64,000 bases of DNA, taken from assembly GCA_965233585.1 (NCBI GenBank), contig CBDDTI010000746.1:512001-576000 (forward strand), written 5' to 3'. Both the position numbers and the translations under genes were made by a program. How positions within the stretch are numbered: the stretch's first letter is position 1; each line of letters starts with the position of its first letter. The stretch is from a bacterium (GTDB taxonomy: Bacteria > SAR324 > NAC60-12). Below are positions 47,616 through 58,078 of the stretch, in pieces. The notes below the pieces were generated by a model. The model searched no databases. It saw only the letters and a list, made by a program, of their open reading frames with translations, and was not told the DNA's origin.

Positions 47616-48131
47616 TCAATGTTCCAAAGAGTAACATTGAGCAAGCTCGGCATAATGTGATGCGGATTCTCTGATGGTTTCAATGATGCTGGGGTCATAA
47701 GTTTTTTTGACTTTTGCAGGACTTCCCACAACCAGTGAATAGGGAGGAATGAAGGTCTTTTCCAAAACCAAAGCACCTGCACCAATGATTGTCCCTTTGC
47801 TGACGTGGACTTCATTCATCAGAATTGCTCCCATGCCAATTAAGCAATCGTCTTCTACGAAACAGCTATGTAGCAAGCACTTATGCCCAACTGTCACTCT
47901 ATTGCCAAGAATCAGAGGCTGTTTGAAATCCACATGACAAACAGAGAGGTCTTGGATGTTGGTTTCATCTCCTACGGAAATACTGCAAATATCTGCCCTT
48001 AAAACAGAATTAAACCAAACCGATGCACGTTCTCCAACAGACACATTGCCAATCAGCTGAACACCCGATGCAAGCCAAGCTGTTGGTGCAACCTTTGGGG
48101 AAACCTCTTGAAAAGAATGAATTTTGCCCAT
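47616..48131 (-). CDS. Gamma carbonic anhydrase family protein
   Basis: Hexapeptide repeats; VLRAD, TNIQD, VTVGH..LH.C. Confidence 0.93.
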   Translation of the reverse strand: MGKIHSFQEVSPKVAPTAWLASGVQLIGNVSVGERASVWFNSVLRADICSISVGDETNIQDLSVCHVDFKQPLILGNRVTVGHKCLLHSCFVEDDCLIGMGAILMNEVHVSKGTIIGAGALVLEKTFIPPYSLVVGSPAKVKKTYDPSIIETIRESASHYAELAQCYSLEH

Positions 48132-48152
48132 TGTTCCTTTTTTAAAAACGCA

Positions 48153-48968
48153 TTAAGTCAAAAATGAACGTTCTACAACATTTAATAGATATTTGAGTGC
48201 ATAAAGGCGACTTCCTTTGTCCCGACCAACTAGCGAATCTAACTTCTGCCTCTGTTCCCTTGGCGCCCTTGCAAAATAATACTTCATGCTAACAGAATGC
48301 ACGGCTCTCATTCTTTTGTTGAGCTTTGCGGCATCTACTAAGACTTTGTCTTCCAATAACTGCACCAATTCAAAAATTTCTCGTCTCAAACCGACTTTAA
48401 GCAAAATGCGTGCTAGTAAATGCACTTCTTGATTTTGAATGGGAGACAAGTAGAAATTGGCAAGTTTGAGGTATTTTTCACATTCTTGGGTGCGGATTGA
48501 GTAGACACGTTCTTCATCTTTCAAGATTTTTCGTAATTGGTTGTGAAAGTAATACGGCAATGCTTGAAAAGGGATTTTTTTGGCAGCTTCAGGTGCTAGT
48601 TGATTCAAAGTAATTTGTTCTCGGTAGCACAACTGACGGAGTTGGTCAAAGTGTGGAAAGATCCAAAACCGACCATCTTTGTTGACCAATCCTCTCATCT
48701 GTGGTTCGTAAAAATAATAGATTGGAGTTTTGGACATGAAGTAATTTCTCCAAGGCTCCCATTCATCACGCAATAAATAAATATCTTGAATCAATATGGG
48801 TTGTCCTTTTTGCAAGGCGTAAAAGTACTGCAAATCGTCTTTAATCTTTTCTTGCTTGTTGTTTTGTCTCTCCAGCCTCAAGATCAGTTGACTTGTCCAG
48901 CGAATCAGTGGTTCAAAGAAAGTAATTTCTTCGTAAATTGGTATGTTATCAAGTTCTGCAACAGCCAT
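48153..48968 (-). CDS. Hypothetical protein
   Basis: 271 aa ORF, 1 bp from the upstream gene; no motif recognised. Confidence 0.7.
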   Translation of the reverse strand: MAVAELDNIPIYEEITFFEPLIRWTSQLILRLERQNNKQEKIKDDLQYFYALQKGQPILIQDIYLLRDEWEPWRNYFMSKTPIYYFYEPQMRGLVNKDGRFWIFPHFDQLRQLCYREQITLNQLAPEAAKKIPFQALPYYFHNQLRKILKDEERVYSIRTQECEKYLKLANFYLSPIQNQEVHLLARILLKVGLRREIFELVQLLEDKVLVDAAKLNKRMRAVHSVSMKYYFARAPREQRQKLDSLVGRDKGSRLYALKYLLNVVERSFLT

Positions 48969-48969
48969 A

Positions 48970-49686
48970 TTAAAAAATTTTTGGAGCTTTCACGATGATC
49001 AAGTTTTGACGTTCAATCCATGCCTCTTGAGTTTGTGGCATTTCAACCCGCACCCAGTTCTCTTGCACTTCTTTAACTTTGGTTTGTATGAGGTCTTCAG
49101 TCTTGAGAATGATTTCAGTTTTGGAGTGTGGTGCAAGATGGACAGGAGTTTGTACCTTGACAACCGACACAGGTGCATCAAACCAGAGTCTCCAAACTGA
49201 CAGAGCAACTCCCAAAATCCCAAGACAGACCCCCAAAGCAGGCACGACCTTTGGCAACTTGTGACGTGACGCCAAAAGTCCCCACATCAGCAACCATGCA
49301 AAACCTGAAGCAAGCACTGTCTCTAACCTTGTCAGTTTTTTAAGTCCGTTTTCTAGCCAATGCTGATTTGCATAACGAGTGTGTGCTGGAATCAGGTTTA
49401 AATTATGCTGGACATTGGCATTGCGGGGAATATATTCCTGTGCTTGCAAATAGTAGCCCATTGCCGATGCAACATCTCCAGAAAGAAATGCGGCTACTCC
49501 TGCATTGTAATACAATGCACCTTCCCTAATGTCCATTGCTAATAATTGCTTGTAGCCAGCCAGTGCCTTTTGCCAATCTTTTGAGTCCATCTGTTGATTA
49601 GATTGCGACCAAAGCTGTTGTACATCATCAGCCAAGAGTATTTTGGAAAAAGCAATCAAGATGACAAAAATGAGACTTTTTTTCAT
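48970..49686 (-). CDS. BatE-like TPR / transmembrane / SH3-like protein
   Basis: Signal peptide; TPR LYYNAG...PRNANVQHNL; two TM helices; SH3b-like WVRV...AWI. Confidence 0.7.
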   Translation of the reverse strand: MKKSLIFVILIAFSKILLADDVQQLWSQSNQQMDSKDWQKALAGYKQLLAMDIREGALYYNAGVAAFLSGDVASAMGYYLQAQEYIPRNANVQHNLNLIPAHTRYANQHWLENGLKKLTRLETVLASGFAWLLMWGLLASRHKLPKVVPALGVCLGILGVALSVWRLWFDAPVSVVKVQTPVHLAPHSKTEIILKTEDLIQTKVKEVQENWVRVEMPQTQEAWIERQNLIIVKAPKIF

Positions 49687-50133
49687 AGGTTATCTACTTC
49701 CGAATCGTGTCAAAGCCTCATAGATTATCACAACAAACAGAAAAAAACGATGTTCAGAGACCTCAGAGTCTTGAATGATTTGAGTGACACCTGCCTCGCT
49801 CTAAATTTGAAGATGAAAAAAGAATAAGATGTCAATTTGTCATAAAATATTGATTTTATAATTTTTTGTGTTATACTATGAAACGATTTTTGTTTGATGT
49901 AAAAAAGTTCAATGGCTTAAGTCCGCTTGGCAATAGCATTTGAATCCAAAAACTGAGGTGTCTTCAAATAGCGAAAAATTGGGAAACAAGTCGTTTTCAC
50001 TCCTTTTCACTGACTGATGTCATTTTTTCTTAGGTTATCTGGATAGGAGTCTATTGCAATAAATCTATTTTGGTGTATCATCTTTGTTTCCTAACAATGC
50101 CGTTTTTTGTTTTTTGATTCACTACTTTGGGGT

Positions 50134-50184
50134 ATGAATCAAAGAATGCGATGAATGACTTTTGAGGGAGGCTGTTTTTGGTGT
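50134..50184 (+). pseudogene. Degenerate duplicate of the first 17 codons of msrAB
   Basis: 43/51 identical to 50222-50272, with an in-frame TGA at codon 7. Confidence 0.75.
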
Positions 50185-50221
50185 CATCTCCTTTTAACAA
50201 CTTATTTTTTAACCAACCATT

Positions 50222-51181
50222 ATGAATCAGAAAATACAATTAGCGACTTTTGCGGGAGGCTGTTTTTGGTGTATGGAGTCTCCTTTCGTCAAGCAAGAAG
50301 GAGTTCTGCAAGTGCAGGTTGGATACACCGGCGGAACAGAAGTCAATCCTACGTATGAACAAGTTGCTTCAGGCAAGACAAGCCACCGTGAAGCTGTCCA
50401 GATTTCTTATGACGTTTTGCAAATTGACTATCAGACACTATTGCACCTCTTTTGGACACAAATTGACCCCACTGATGCAGGTGGTTCGTTTGCAGACAGA
50501 GGACAACACTACACTTCTGCCATTTTTTATCACTCTGAAGAACAAAAAAACTTGGCTGAAGAGTCCAAACGAACGCTTGACCAAACCCAAGTTTACAACC
50601 AGCCTGTCGTCACAGAAATTCTACCTTACTCCGACTTTTATTTGGCAGAAGACTATCATCAAAAATACTATCAGAAAAATCCTTTGGCATATCAAAGCTA
50701 TCGTCAAGGTTCGGGACGTGACCAGTTTTTACAAAAAATCTGGGGACAAAAACAAGAATCTCAAAAGTCAGTTCAGTTGACCCCTTTGCAATATCATGTT
50801 GTCAAACAAGATGGCACAGAACCAGCTTTCCAAAATGAGTATTGGAATCACCATGAAGAAGGAATTTACGTAGACATCGTCTCAGGGGAGGCTCTTTTTT
50901 GTTCTTGCGACAAGTTTGACTCAGGCACTGGCTGGCCCAGCTTTACACAACCCATCACCAAAGAAGCATTAGTCCAGCAAGACGATGATAAGCTAGGGTA
51001 TCAACGCACAGAAGTCAGAAGCCGACAAGCTGACTCTCACTTAGGGCATGTCTTTAATGATGGACCCAAAAAACAAGGAGGTTTAAGGTATTGTATTAAC
51101 TCCGCATCACTCAAATTTGTTGCTAAAGAAGACTTGGAAGCCCAAGGATACGAACAATACCTGACTTTGTTTGGGGAGTGA
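50222..51181 (+). CDS. msrAB: Peptide methionine sulfoxide reductase MsrA/MsrB fusion
   Basis: [37 protein letters not shown]. Confidence 0.97.
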   Translation: MNQKIQLATFAGGCFWCMESPFVKQEGVLQVQVGYTGGTEVNPTYEQVASGKTSHREAVQISYDVLQIDYQTLLHLFWTQIDPTDAGGSFADRGQHYTSAIFYHSEEQKNLAEESKRTLDQTQVYNQPVVTEILPYSDFYLAEDYHQKYYQKNPLAYQSYRQGSGRDQFLQKIWGQKQESQKSVQLTPLQYHVVKQDGTEPAFQNEYWNHHEEGIYVDIVSGEALFCSCDKFDSGTGWPSFTQPITKEALVQQDDDKLGYQRTEVRSRQADSHLGHVFNDGPKKQGGLRYCINSASLKFVAKEDLEAQGYEQYLTLFGE

Positions 51182-51275
51182 ATGATTGCCAAAAACGTGT
51201 GCCAGCTCACCAATTTTGAAAAACATCATCTTTGCAAAACCAATTTGTTAAACACAACTTTTGAATATCAGGAAT

Positions 51276-52280
51276 ATGAAAAGAATCTCTTATTTAAGCA
51301 CTAGATCAGAATTTTTAAGCTCCAAAGAAATTAGAGCGATTGAAGAGATTTCCAGAAAAAATAATCAAGCTAGGGGGATTACAGGTTTTTTTGTCATCAT
51401 TGACAATCATTTTTTTCAAACAATAGAAGGACCTGCAGAGGCTATTGACCTGCTGTTTGACAAAATCCGACAAGACCCCAGACATGATCAAATCATTTGC
51501 CTCACTTCAGAAGAAAATGTCAGCACCAGAAAGTTTCCAGATTGGTCTATGAATTGGTTTGCTACCAATCATGCCTTTGGGGTCAAGAACGTCTTTGAGA
51601 GTATTTTGAAATCTATCATTGGTTTGCAAAATAATCTGGCTCAATATACCCAAATCAAAATTCTCAATTACTTGTCTCAAGGAGTTTTACCTTCTTCTGT
51701 TGAACCCTTCCGAGTAGAAAAAACAGTCTTGATGTCCGATATTGCAGGGTTTACGATGCTTTGTGAAAATTTGGAGTCCCAAAAGTTGGTGAACCTTGTC
51801 AATCACTTTCTGGAAATCACTTGTGATCAAGTGAACAAACATGGAGGAGAAATTAACAAGATCATTGGTGACTGCGTCTTGGCAGTTTTTGATGCTTCTA
51901 ACACAGATGACGCCATCCAAGCGGCAGTCAGTATTGTGCAAAATGTGACCCAGTTGAGGCAGGAATCCCAAGACAGTGTGTGCAAATTCCTTCAATGTGG
52001 AATCGGCATAGATACAGGAATGGTGACAGAAGGCAATATTGGCACCGCTGTCAAAAAAGACTACACCATTTTAGGGACAGCTGTGAATGTTGCATCAAGG
52101 CTGGAATCACTCACAAGGTTTTTCCAAAAAAGCATTGTCATTTCTGAAAGAACCTCTAGCCTAATGTCAGACCATTGGGAGTTGGAAGCATTAGGAGACT
52201 TCAAGATCAAAGGAATAGATGCCAAACAATATCTTTACACCCTCAAAAATTTACAGAAATTCAATGTCAACAGCATTTAG
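51276..52280 (+). CDS. BLUF-domain photoactivated adenylyl cyclase (bPAC-like)
   Basis: BLUF: RISYLS, NN..GITG, FFQTIEG, DPRH, FPDWSM. Class III cyclase: MSDIAGFT, KIIGDC, DYTILG.AVNVASRLE, IKG. Confidence 0.92.
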   Translation: MKRISYLSTRSEFLSSKEIRAIEEISRKNNQARGITGFFVIIDNHFFQTIEGPAEAIDLLFDKIRQDPRHDQIICLTSEENVSTRKFPDWSMNWFATNHAFGVKNVFESILKSIIGLQNNLAQYTQIKILNYLSQGVLPSSVEPFRVEKTVLMSDIAGFTMLCENLESQKLVNLVNHFLEITCDQVNKHGGEINKIIGDCVLAVFDASNTDDAIQAAVSIVQNVTQLRQESQDSVCKFLQCGIGIDTGMVTEGNIGTAVKKDYTILGTAVNVASRLESLTRFFQKSIVISERTSSLMSDHWELEALGDFKIKGIDAKQYLYTLKNLQKFNVNSI

Positions 52281-52504
52281 GTCGTTAAGTCTGTTCACAC
52301 GCTTTCCTTTGCAACAAGAAATAACGCCTTTTTTCGCTAAAATCTATTGAACCCTGTGAAGATTTTAGCAGGGTTGCACCTTGCTTGACCTCATATTAAA
52401 AGTCAAAATTTCCTCACTTCTTTCTTTTCATACTTGCAATTTCATTCCAAAAATTTTAAATTCTATCTTTTTGGTTTTGTTAATAGATTTTTAGATAGGA
52501 AAAC

Positions 52505-53272
52505 ATGAGTAACCCCGAAAGACTGACAGACAGCACTGACATCATCACAATCTCTAAGATGAACAAGTGGTATGATGCTTTTCATGTGCTGAAAGACATT
52601 AATTTGAATGTTAAGAAAGGAGAACGTATCGTGATTTGTGGTCCGTCAGGGTCAGGAAAATCAACCATGATTCGTTGTCTCAATCGGTTGGAAGAACACC
52701 AAGAAGGCACTGTCATCATTGATGGTGTGGAATTGAGTGACAATTTAAAGAACATAGAAAAGATCCGCAGCGAGGTGGGTATGGTGTTCCAAAGTTTTAA
52801 TCTTTTCCCTCATCTTTCTATTTTAGAAAACCTAACCCTTGCACCAATCTGGGTCAGGAAGCAATCTCCTAAAGAAGCAGAAGAAATTGCATTGCAGTAT
52901 TTGGAACGTGTCAAGATTCCAGAGCAGGCACATAAATATCCCGGTCAGCTTTCTGGGGGTCAACAACAGCGCGTGGCGATTGCAAGGAGTCTTTGCATGA
53001 ACCCCAAGATCATGTTGTTTGATGAACCCACTTCTGCACTTGACCCTGAGATGATCTCAGAAGTTCTGGACGTAATGGTAGAGTTGGCAGAAGGTGGTAT
53101 GACCATGTTGTGTGTGACCCATGAAATGGGATTTGCCAAACAAGTCGCAGATTGCGTCATTTTTATGGACCGTGGAGAAATTGTAGAACAAGGCACACCT
53201 GAACAGTTTTTCAACAACCCTCAAGAAGAACGTACCAAAAAGTTTTTAAGTCAGATTTTACACCACGGATAA
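52505..53272 (+). CDS. Polar amino-acid ABC transporter ATP-binding protein
   Basis: [45 protein letters not shown]. Confidence 0.95.
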   Translation: MSNPERLTDSTDIITISKMNKWYDAFHVLKDINLNVKKGERIVICGPSGSGKSTMIRCLNRLEEHQEGTVIIDGVELSDNLKNIEKIRSEVGMVFQSFNLFPHLSILENLTLAPIWVRKQSPKEAEEIALQYLERVKIPEQAHKYPGQLSGGQQQRVAIARSLCMNPKIMLFDEPTSALDPEMISEVLDVMVELAEGGMTMLCVTHEMGFAKQVADCVIFMDRGEIVEQGTPEQFFNNPQEERTKKFLSQILHHG

Positions 53273-53317
53273 AATCACTCCATTTCACAACTCTTTTCTA
53301 TTTCACAACTTTTTTCA

Positions 53318-54526
53318 ATGAAAGCGATGAAACCACCATTTCAAGTGATTCAAGACCTAGAAGTTTCTGGCAAAACCGTTCTAGTTCGTGCAGACCTCAA
53401 TGTGCCTTTTGCAGAGTCTCAAGTGACTGATGCCACACGGATTGAGCGATTTGTTCCAACAGTTCAGGCATTGCTTGAAAAAAATGCTACTGTTGTCATT
53501 TGTTCCCATTTTGGAAGACCAAAAGGGCAAGTCATTGACAAATATTCTTTGGGGCAGATTGTAGATGCCATTTCTAAAGAATTAGGCAAACCTGTTCAAT
53601 TTGTCAAAGATTGCATAGGTGAAGAAGTCGCGTCAAAGGTGAAGGCATTACAAGCGGGTCAAGTCTTATTGTTGGAAAATCTCCGTTTTCATCAGGAAGA
53701 GGAACAAAACAACCCGCAGTTTGCAAAACAGCTGGCAAACCTTGCTGATGTGTATCTCAACGATGCCTTTTCGTGTTCTCACCGAGCGCATGCGTCTGTG
53801 GAGGCAATTACACAATTCTTGCCTTCTGGTGCAGGTTTGTTGATGGAGCAGGAACTTAATGCACTTAATCAGGCATTGGGGAATCCCAAAAAACCTGTGC
53901 TTGCGATTGCATCGGGGGCAAAGGTTTCTACCAAATTAACCGTACTGAAAAACCTTGCAAAAAAAGTGGATTATCTGGTGTTGGGTGGTGGAATGGCAAA
54001 CACGGCTCTTTATGCCAAAGGAATTGCCATAGGTGCTTCACTTTGTGAAAAAGACATGGCAGACATTTTTAATGAACTCACCAAAGAGCTTCAACAAGAA
54101 CAATGTGAGCTGATTTTGCCTGTTGATGCTGTGATTGCTAAAGAACTGAAAGCTGGTGTTGCCACAAATGTTGTTGATGTCAATGCTGTGCCTGATGATG
54201 AGATGATCTTAGACATTGGTCCCAAAACGATTGACCTCATCAAGCAATATTTTCAAAAATCTCAGACGATTGTTTGGAATGGTCCAATGGGTGTTTTTGA
54301 AGTCAAGGGTTTTGAACAAGGGACACTGCAACTTGCAAAAGAAGCTGCCAGATTGACTAAGGCAGGTGATTTGCTCACTGTGGCAGGCGGAGGAGACACC
54401 GTTGCCGCATTGGCATTGTTAGATGAAGATGAAAAATTCTCGTATGTTTCCAGCGCAGGGGGGGCGTTTTTAGAATGGATGGAAGGCAAAGAGTTGCCGG
54501 GAGTCAAAGCATTGCTTATGAAATAG
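53318..54526 (+). CDS. pgk: Phosphoglycerate kinase
   Basis: RADLNVP, SHFGRP, LLENLRF, NDAF..HRAHAS, WNGPMGVFE, GGGDT. Confidence 0.98.
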   Translation: MKAMKPPFQVIQDLEVSGKTVLVRADLNVPFAESQVTDATRIERFVPTVQALLEKNATVVICSHFGRPKGQVIDKYSLGQIVDAISKELGKPVQFVKDCIGEEVASKVKALQAGQVLLLENLRFHQEEEQNNPQFAKQLANLADVYLNDAFSCSHRAHASVEAITQFLPSGAGLLMEQELNALNQALGNPKKPVLAIASGAKVSTKLTVLKNLAKKVDYLVLGGGMANTALYAKGIAIGASLCEKDMADIFNELTKELQQEQCELILPVDAVIAKELKAGVATNVVDVNAVPDDEMILDIGPKTIDLIKQYFQKSQTIVWNGPMGVFEVKGFEQGTLQLAKEAARLTKAGDLLTVAGGGDTVAALALLDEDEKFSYVSSAGGAFLEWMEGKELPGVKALLMK

Positions 54527-54566
54527 CTCATGCCTTAGCAGCAACCATTTACCTATCAGGTCTTTT

Positions 54567-55808
54567 TTAAAAGGGATACCCAATAAACACAGTGCGTTGT
54601 GAACCTTCATCTTGGCTAAATCCCATGTCCACCCGAATGACCACCGTACTCATTAAAAAACGAATCCCAAAACCTGAAGAAGTTTTAAATTCGTCCCATA
54701 ATTCATCTTCTTCGGGTGCGACAGTCCCTTCCTCATAAAACAAAGCCAGCTGGAATCCTGTGTAAGTTCCTTTGGAGACTAGAAAGTTGTAGGGAAAGTT
54801 TGTTTCAGCAGCATACCATCTCCATTCAATTCCACGGAATGCCATGAAGCTGTCAAAGAAACGATTTGCAGGATACCCACGCAACCGATTTGTGCCACCC
54901 AGTGACGTTGCCCGAGGTAGCTTGGATTCTTTTTCCTGCTTCTCAAAAATTTGATCTACGTCTTCTTGACACCCAGGCTCTGCACCAGGACCACAAATGA
55001 AGTTCTCCCGATCTACTTCGCCTTCTTCATCTAACTTTGATGTTGCCCTAAAATAATTCAGCACAAAAACATGACTTCTTTCAGCAAAAGGAACAAAGAG
55101 TGTGTAGTTATAATCACTCTGGAAGTAAGAGGGGGATTCTGCCCGACTTTGTGGAATTTTGTAATGTTCATACTGAATCCGATAACCGACTCTGGGGTCT
55201 CTTCGGTTATCGGTATCGTCAAGCAATATCCCATAGCGCCAGCCCTCTGGTTTTTCATTCAATTGCGCTCTGTTGGCATCAACTTTCGTTCCGTCTGGCA
55301 ACACTAACCCATAAGGGGTCACCGATAACGTGACTACTCCATAATAAATCTCAAATTGATCGTCAAGAAAGCTCAAGGACACTTCGCCACTCCTTAAAAA
55401 AACTCTTTTGCCTAATAAGATAAAACTTTCGTCTGGGTCTGAATCTATGCCTCTTTCAGGTTCGGGAAAACCTGCGTTTCTGACATCAGAATAAATCACA
55501 GAGAATGAAAGATAAGGGTACCAAATGGGTAAGTCTAAAGCTGTGAGTAAATCAATTTGAAAATCTTCACCTTCAATATGTTCAGACTCACCTGTCAAAC
55601 GAACATAAGTGACGTCAGAGATTGGATTCCCAAGAGCCGACAAGGTGATGCCAAATCCAAAAAACTGCTGAACCCCCGGTATCTCTCCTGCCACAGGATA
55701 GACAAACCAAGAGAACTCTGGGTCGGGAATGTCTCTTCTGTCAAAAATGATGGCATGAGAGATTTGAATTTGTAACAACAACACACATAGCGCAAATAGT
55801 TTTTTCAT
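54567..55808 (-). CDS. Outer-membrane beta-barrel, Omp85/BamA-TamA-like
   Basis: Signal peptide from MKKLF (55808); LGG..RLRGY..NRF loop motif; G.G.RF; C-terminal IGYPF. Confidence 0.65.
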   Translation of the reverse strand: MKKLFALCVLLLQIQISHAIIFDRRDIPDPEFSWFVYPVAGEIPGVQQFFGFGITLSALGNPISDVTYVRLTGESEHIEGEDFQIDLLTALDLPIWYPYLSFSVIYSDVRNAGFPEPERGIDSDPDESFILLGKRVFLRSGEVSLSFLDDQFEIYYGVVTLSVTPYGLVLPDGTKVDANRAQLNEKPEGWRYGILLDDTDNRRDPRVGYRIQYEHYKIPQSRAESPSYFQSDYNYTLFVPFAERSHVFVLNYFRATSKLDEEGEVDRENFICGPGAEPGCQEDVDQIFEKQEKESKLPRATSLGGTNRLRGYPANRFFDSFMAFRGIEWRWYAAETNFPYNFLVSKGTYTGFQLALFYEEGTVAPEEDELWDEFKTSSGFGIRFLMSTVVIRVDMGFSQDEGSQRTVFIGYPF

Positions 55809-56217
55809 GATATATCTCCAGAAAATAGTGAACTCAACCAATAATCATTATTTATCGGTTTCCATACAAGAAACTTTAACAATTAAAGAAGTCTTTGTCA
55901 ATACAAAATTTGATATTTTTATGAAAAAATAGTGATGCAATTTTTATGACATCTAGCACAAAGAAAAAAAATATTTCTTGAAAAACAAGGACTTTCGGCA
56001 TTGGCTCGGGTTCAAAAATGATGTGAAAAATTCTAAAAAATCTGTAAAAAAACCTTTCTAAATTCTGTGCTGACAGAATATGATTTTATTCATCAACTGA
56101 ATCAGGCAAAAAAGACTCTTGACAAAAAATCAAAGTGAGTGTAGCCTCTCTTCTTCTTTTGTCATTTTGACTCTGTTTCAATCAACTCTTTTCAAAATTT
56201 TATTCAAACGACAAGCG

Positions 56218-57576
56218 ATGAAAAATCCTAAAATTACCTTCATTGGTGCTGGGTCTTCAGTCTTTATGAAAAATCTTATTGGAGATTGCTTGCACAAAGA
56301 GGCTCTTCAAAGTTCTCATTTTGCTTTGGTGGATATTGATGAAACCAGACTGAATGACTCAGTCATTATCATTGAAAAACTCATTCAAACTATGAAAGTT
56401 GATGCAACTTTTTCTACACATCTCAACTCACAAAAAGAGGCATTGGAGGGGAGTGATTTTGTGATAGTTGCATTTCAAATAGGAGGTTACAAGCCTTGTA
56501 CTGTAACAGATTTTGAAGTATGCAAGAAACATGGCATAGAACAAACGATTGGGGACACCTTAGGGGTGGCTGGTATTATGCGGGGGATAAGGACAATTCC
56601 GCATCTTTGGAAAATCTGTGAGGACATGAGAGAAGTCTGCCCCAATGCAACGATGTTAAACTACGTAAACCCTATGGCAATGAACACTTGGGCAATGTAT
56701 GAGAAATATCCAGACATTCAGCAAGTGGGGCTGTGTCATTCTGTTCCCCTCACTATTGAAGATTTGGCTCACGACCTAAGCATAGATGCTGAAAAATTAA
56801 GATATGTTTGTGCAGGTATTAACCACATGGCTTTTTACTTGACACTAGAAAAACAAACTGACAACGGGGACTACACTAACGTTTACCCTGACTTGTTAAA
56901 AGCCTATCACAACAAAATTGCCCCAAAGCCAAATCAAACTGCCATGGGTCAACGATGCCCTAATCTCATTCGTTATGCGATGTTTGAAAAACTAGGCTAT
57001 TTCGTGACAGAGTCTTCTGAACATTTTGCAGAATACACTCCTTACTTCATTAAACCTCATCGTCCTGATTTAATTAAGCAATATCAAATCCCTCTTGATG
57101 AATATCTCGTGCGATGTGAAGAAAACATTGCAGGCTGGGACAATGAACTGGAAGAATACAAACAAGCAGAAAAAATTGAGATTCAGGCAACCAAAGAATA
57201 TGCGTCTTCTATCATGGAATCCATTTGGACAGGCAAGCCTAGTGTCATCAATGGGAATGTGAGAAACGATCGTTTGGTCAACAACCTGAATGAAGGATGT
57301 TGCGTGGAAGTTCCTTGTTTGGTTGACAACAACGGCATTCAACCTACACATATTGGCAGGCTACCAACCCATTTAGCCGCCTTAATGCGGACTAATATCA
57401 ACGTCCAAGAGTTAGTCGTAGAAGGAATGATACAAGAAAAGAAAGAAAGCATCTATCATGCGGCTTTGTTAGACCCCCATACTGCCTCAGTTTTGGGAAT
57501 TGATGACATTTATAGATTAGTTGATGAATTGATAGAAGCCCACGGAGATTGGTTACCTGAATGGATTCATCGGTAA
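56218..57576 (+). CDS. melA: NAD+-dependent alpha-galactosidase (GH4)
   Basis: KITFIGAGS, QTIGDTLG, NYVNPMA, GLCHSV, AGINHM, VTESSEH. Confidence 0.9.
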   Translation: MKNPKITFIGAGSSVFMKNLIGDCLHKEALQSSHFALVDIDETRLNDSVIIIEKLIQTMKVDATFSTHLNSQKEALEGSDFVIVAFQIGGYKPCTVTDFEVCKKHGIEQTIGDTLGVAGIMRGIRTIPHLWKICEDMREVCPNATMLNYVNPMAMNTWAMYEKYPDIQQVGLCHSVPLTIEDLAHDLSIDAEKLRYVCAGINHMAFYLTLEKQTDNGDYTNVYPDLLKAYHNKIAPKPNQTAMGQRCPNLIRYAMFEKLGYFVTESSEHFAEYTPYFIKPHRPDLIKQYQIPLDEYLVRCEENIAGWDNELEEYKQAEKIEIQATKEYASSIMESIWTGKPSVINGNVRNDRLVNNLNEGCCVEVPCLVDNNGIQPTHIGRLPTHLAALMRTNINVQELVVEGMIQEKKESIYHAALLDPHTASVLGIDDIYRLVDELIEAHGDWLPEWIHR

Positions 57577-57619
57577 AATTTGACTGAAATGATGTCAAGA
57601 AAAGGAGGGAAAAAAGGAA

Positions 57620-57641
57620 GGGGCTGTCAGAAAACAACCCC
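57620..57641 (-). terminator. Intrinsic terminator after the small acidic gene
   Basis: Minus strand GGGGTTGT-TTTCTG-ACAGCCCC followed by TTCCTTTTTT. Confidence 0.55.
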
Positions 57642-57666
57642 TAAGAAAGAGAAAAGATGATGAAAG

Positions 57667-57864
57667 CTAGAAACTTCCAAGAGTGCCGTAATTAGAAATG
57701 CAATCTTGGATGTCGCTGAGATCATTGTTTGATTGCTCATCAAGATCAAAGAGATTATCGCACACGGTCGCATTGCTTGGGTCAAGTTTTTCCACTTTAC
57801 CCCCACCTGCTAGGAAATTTTGAACAGCCTCGTCCAAACTCTCTTTTGTTAATTCTACTGACAT
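57667..57864 (-). CDS. Small acidic protein with a SutA-like RNA-polymerase-binding motif
   Basis: GGAGG RBS before ATG 57864; LDEAVQNFLAGGGKVEKLDP resembles the Pseudomonas SutA core (recalled as LAKAMEEFLSRGGKVQEIEP). Confidence 0.65.
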   Translation of the reverse strand: MSVELTKESLDEAVQNFLAGGGKVEKLDPSNATVCDNLFDLDEQSNNDLSDIQDCISNYGTLGSF

Positions 57865-57920
57865 AAGAACCTCCATTTTGTAAAAAAAATTAAATAATAA
57901 GTAAAATTAAAATATCTTTT

Positions 57921-57935
57921 GCGATAACCGTGCCA
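57921..57935 (-). promoter_or_regulatory. sigma54 (-24/-12) promoter
   Basis: Minus strand TGGCACGGTTATCGC, i.e. GG-N10-GC. Confidence 0.75.
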
Positions 57936-58012
57936 TACTTTTGATTTATATACAAGCCGTTGTTTTTTATGAATAAAACATCTTTTATCAAATCAACTCA
58001 ATCAACAACCAA

Positions 58013-58047
58013 ATACATTTTATGTATGTTGCATGACATTTTATGTA
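58013..58047. promoter_or_regulatory. Tandem palindromic candidate enhancer sites
   Basis: ACATTTTATGT at 58015-58025 and 58036-58046 (21 bp period); the first extends to perfect ATACAT-TTT-ATGTAT. Confidence 0.65.
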
Positions 58048-58078
58048 CATAAATCTTTATTTTTGTAAAAAATTGTAA

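Noticed and set aside
50134..50184. Selenocysteine read-through of the TGA in the msrA-like fragment
   Set aside because: The TGA aligns with a Leu codon (TTA), not the catalytic Cys, and similarity ends after 17 codons.
53282..53316. Short tandem ATTTCACAACT repeat before pgk
   Set aside because: Two 11-bp copies in a 45-bp spacer; too little to support a regulatory claim.
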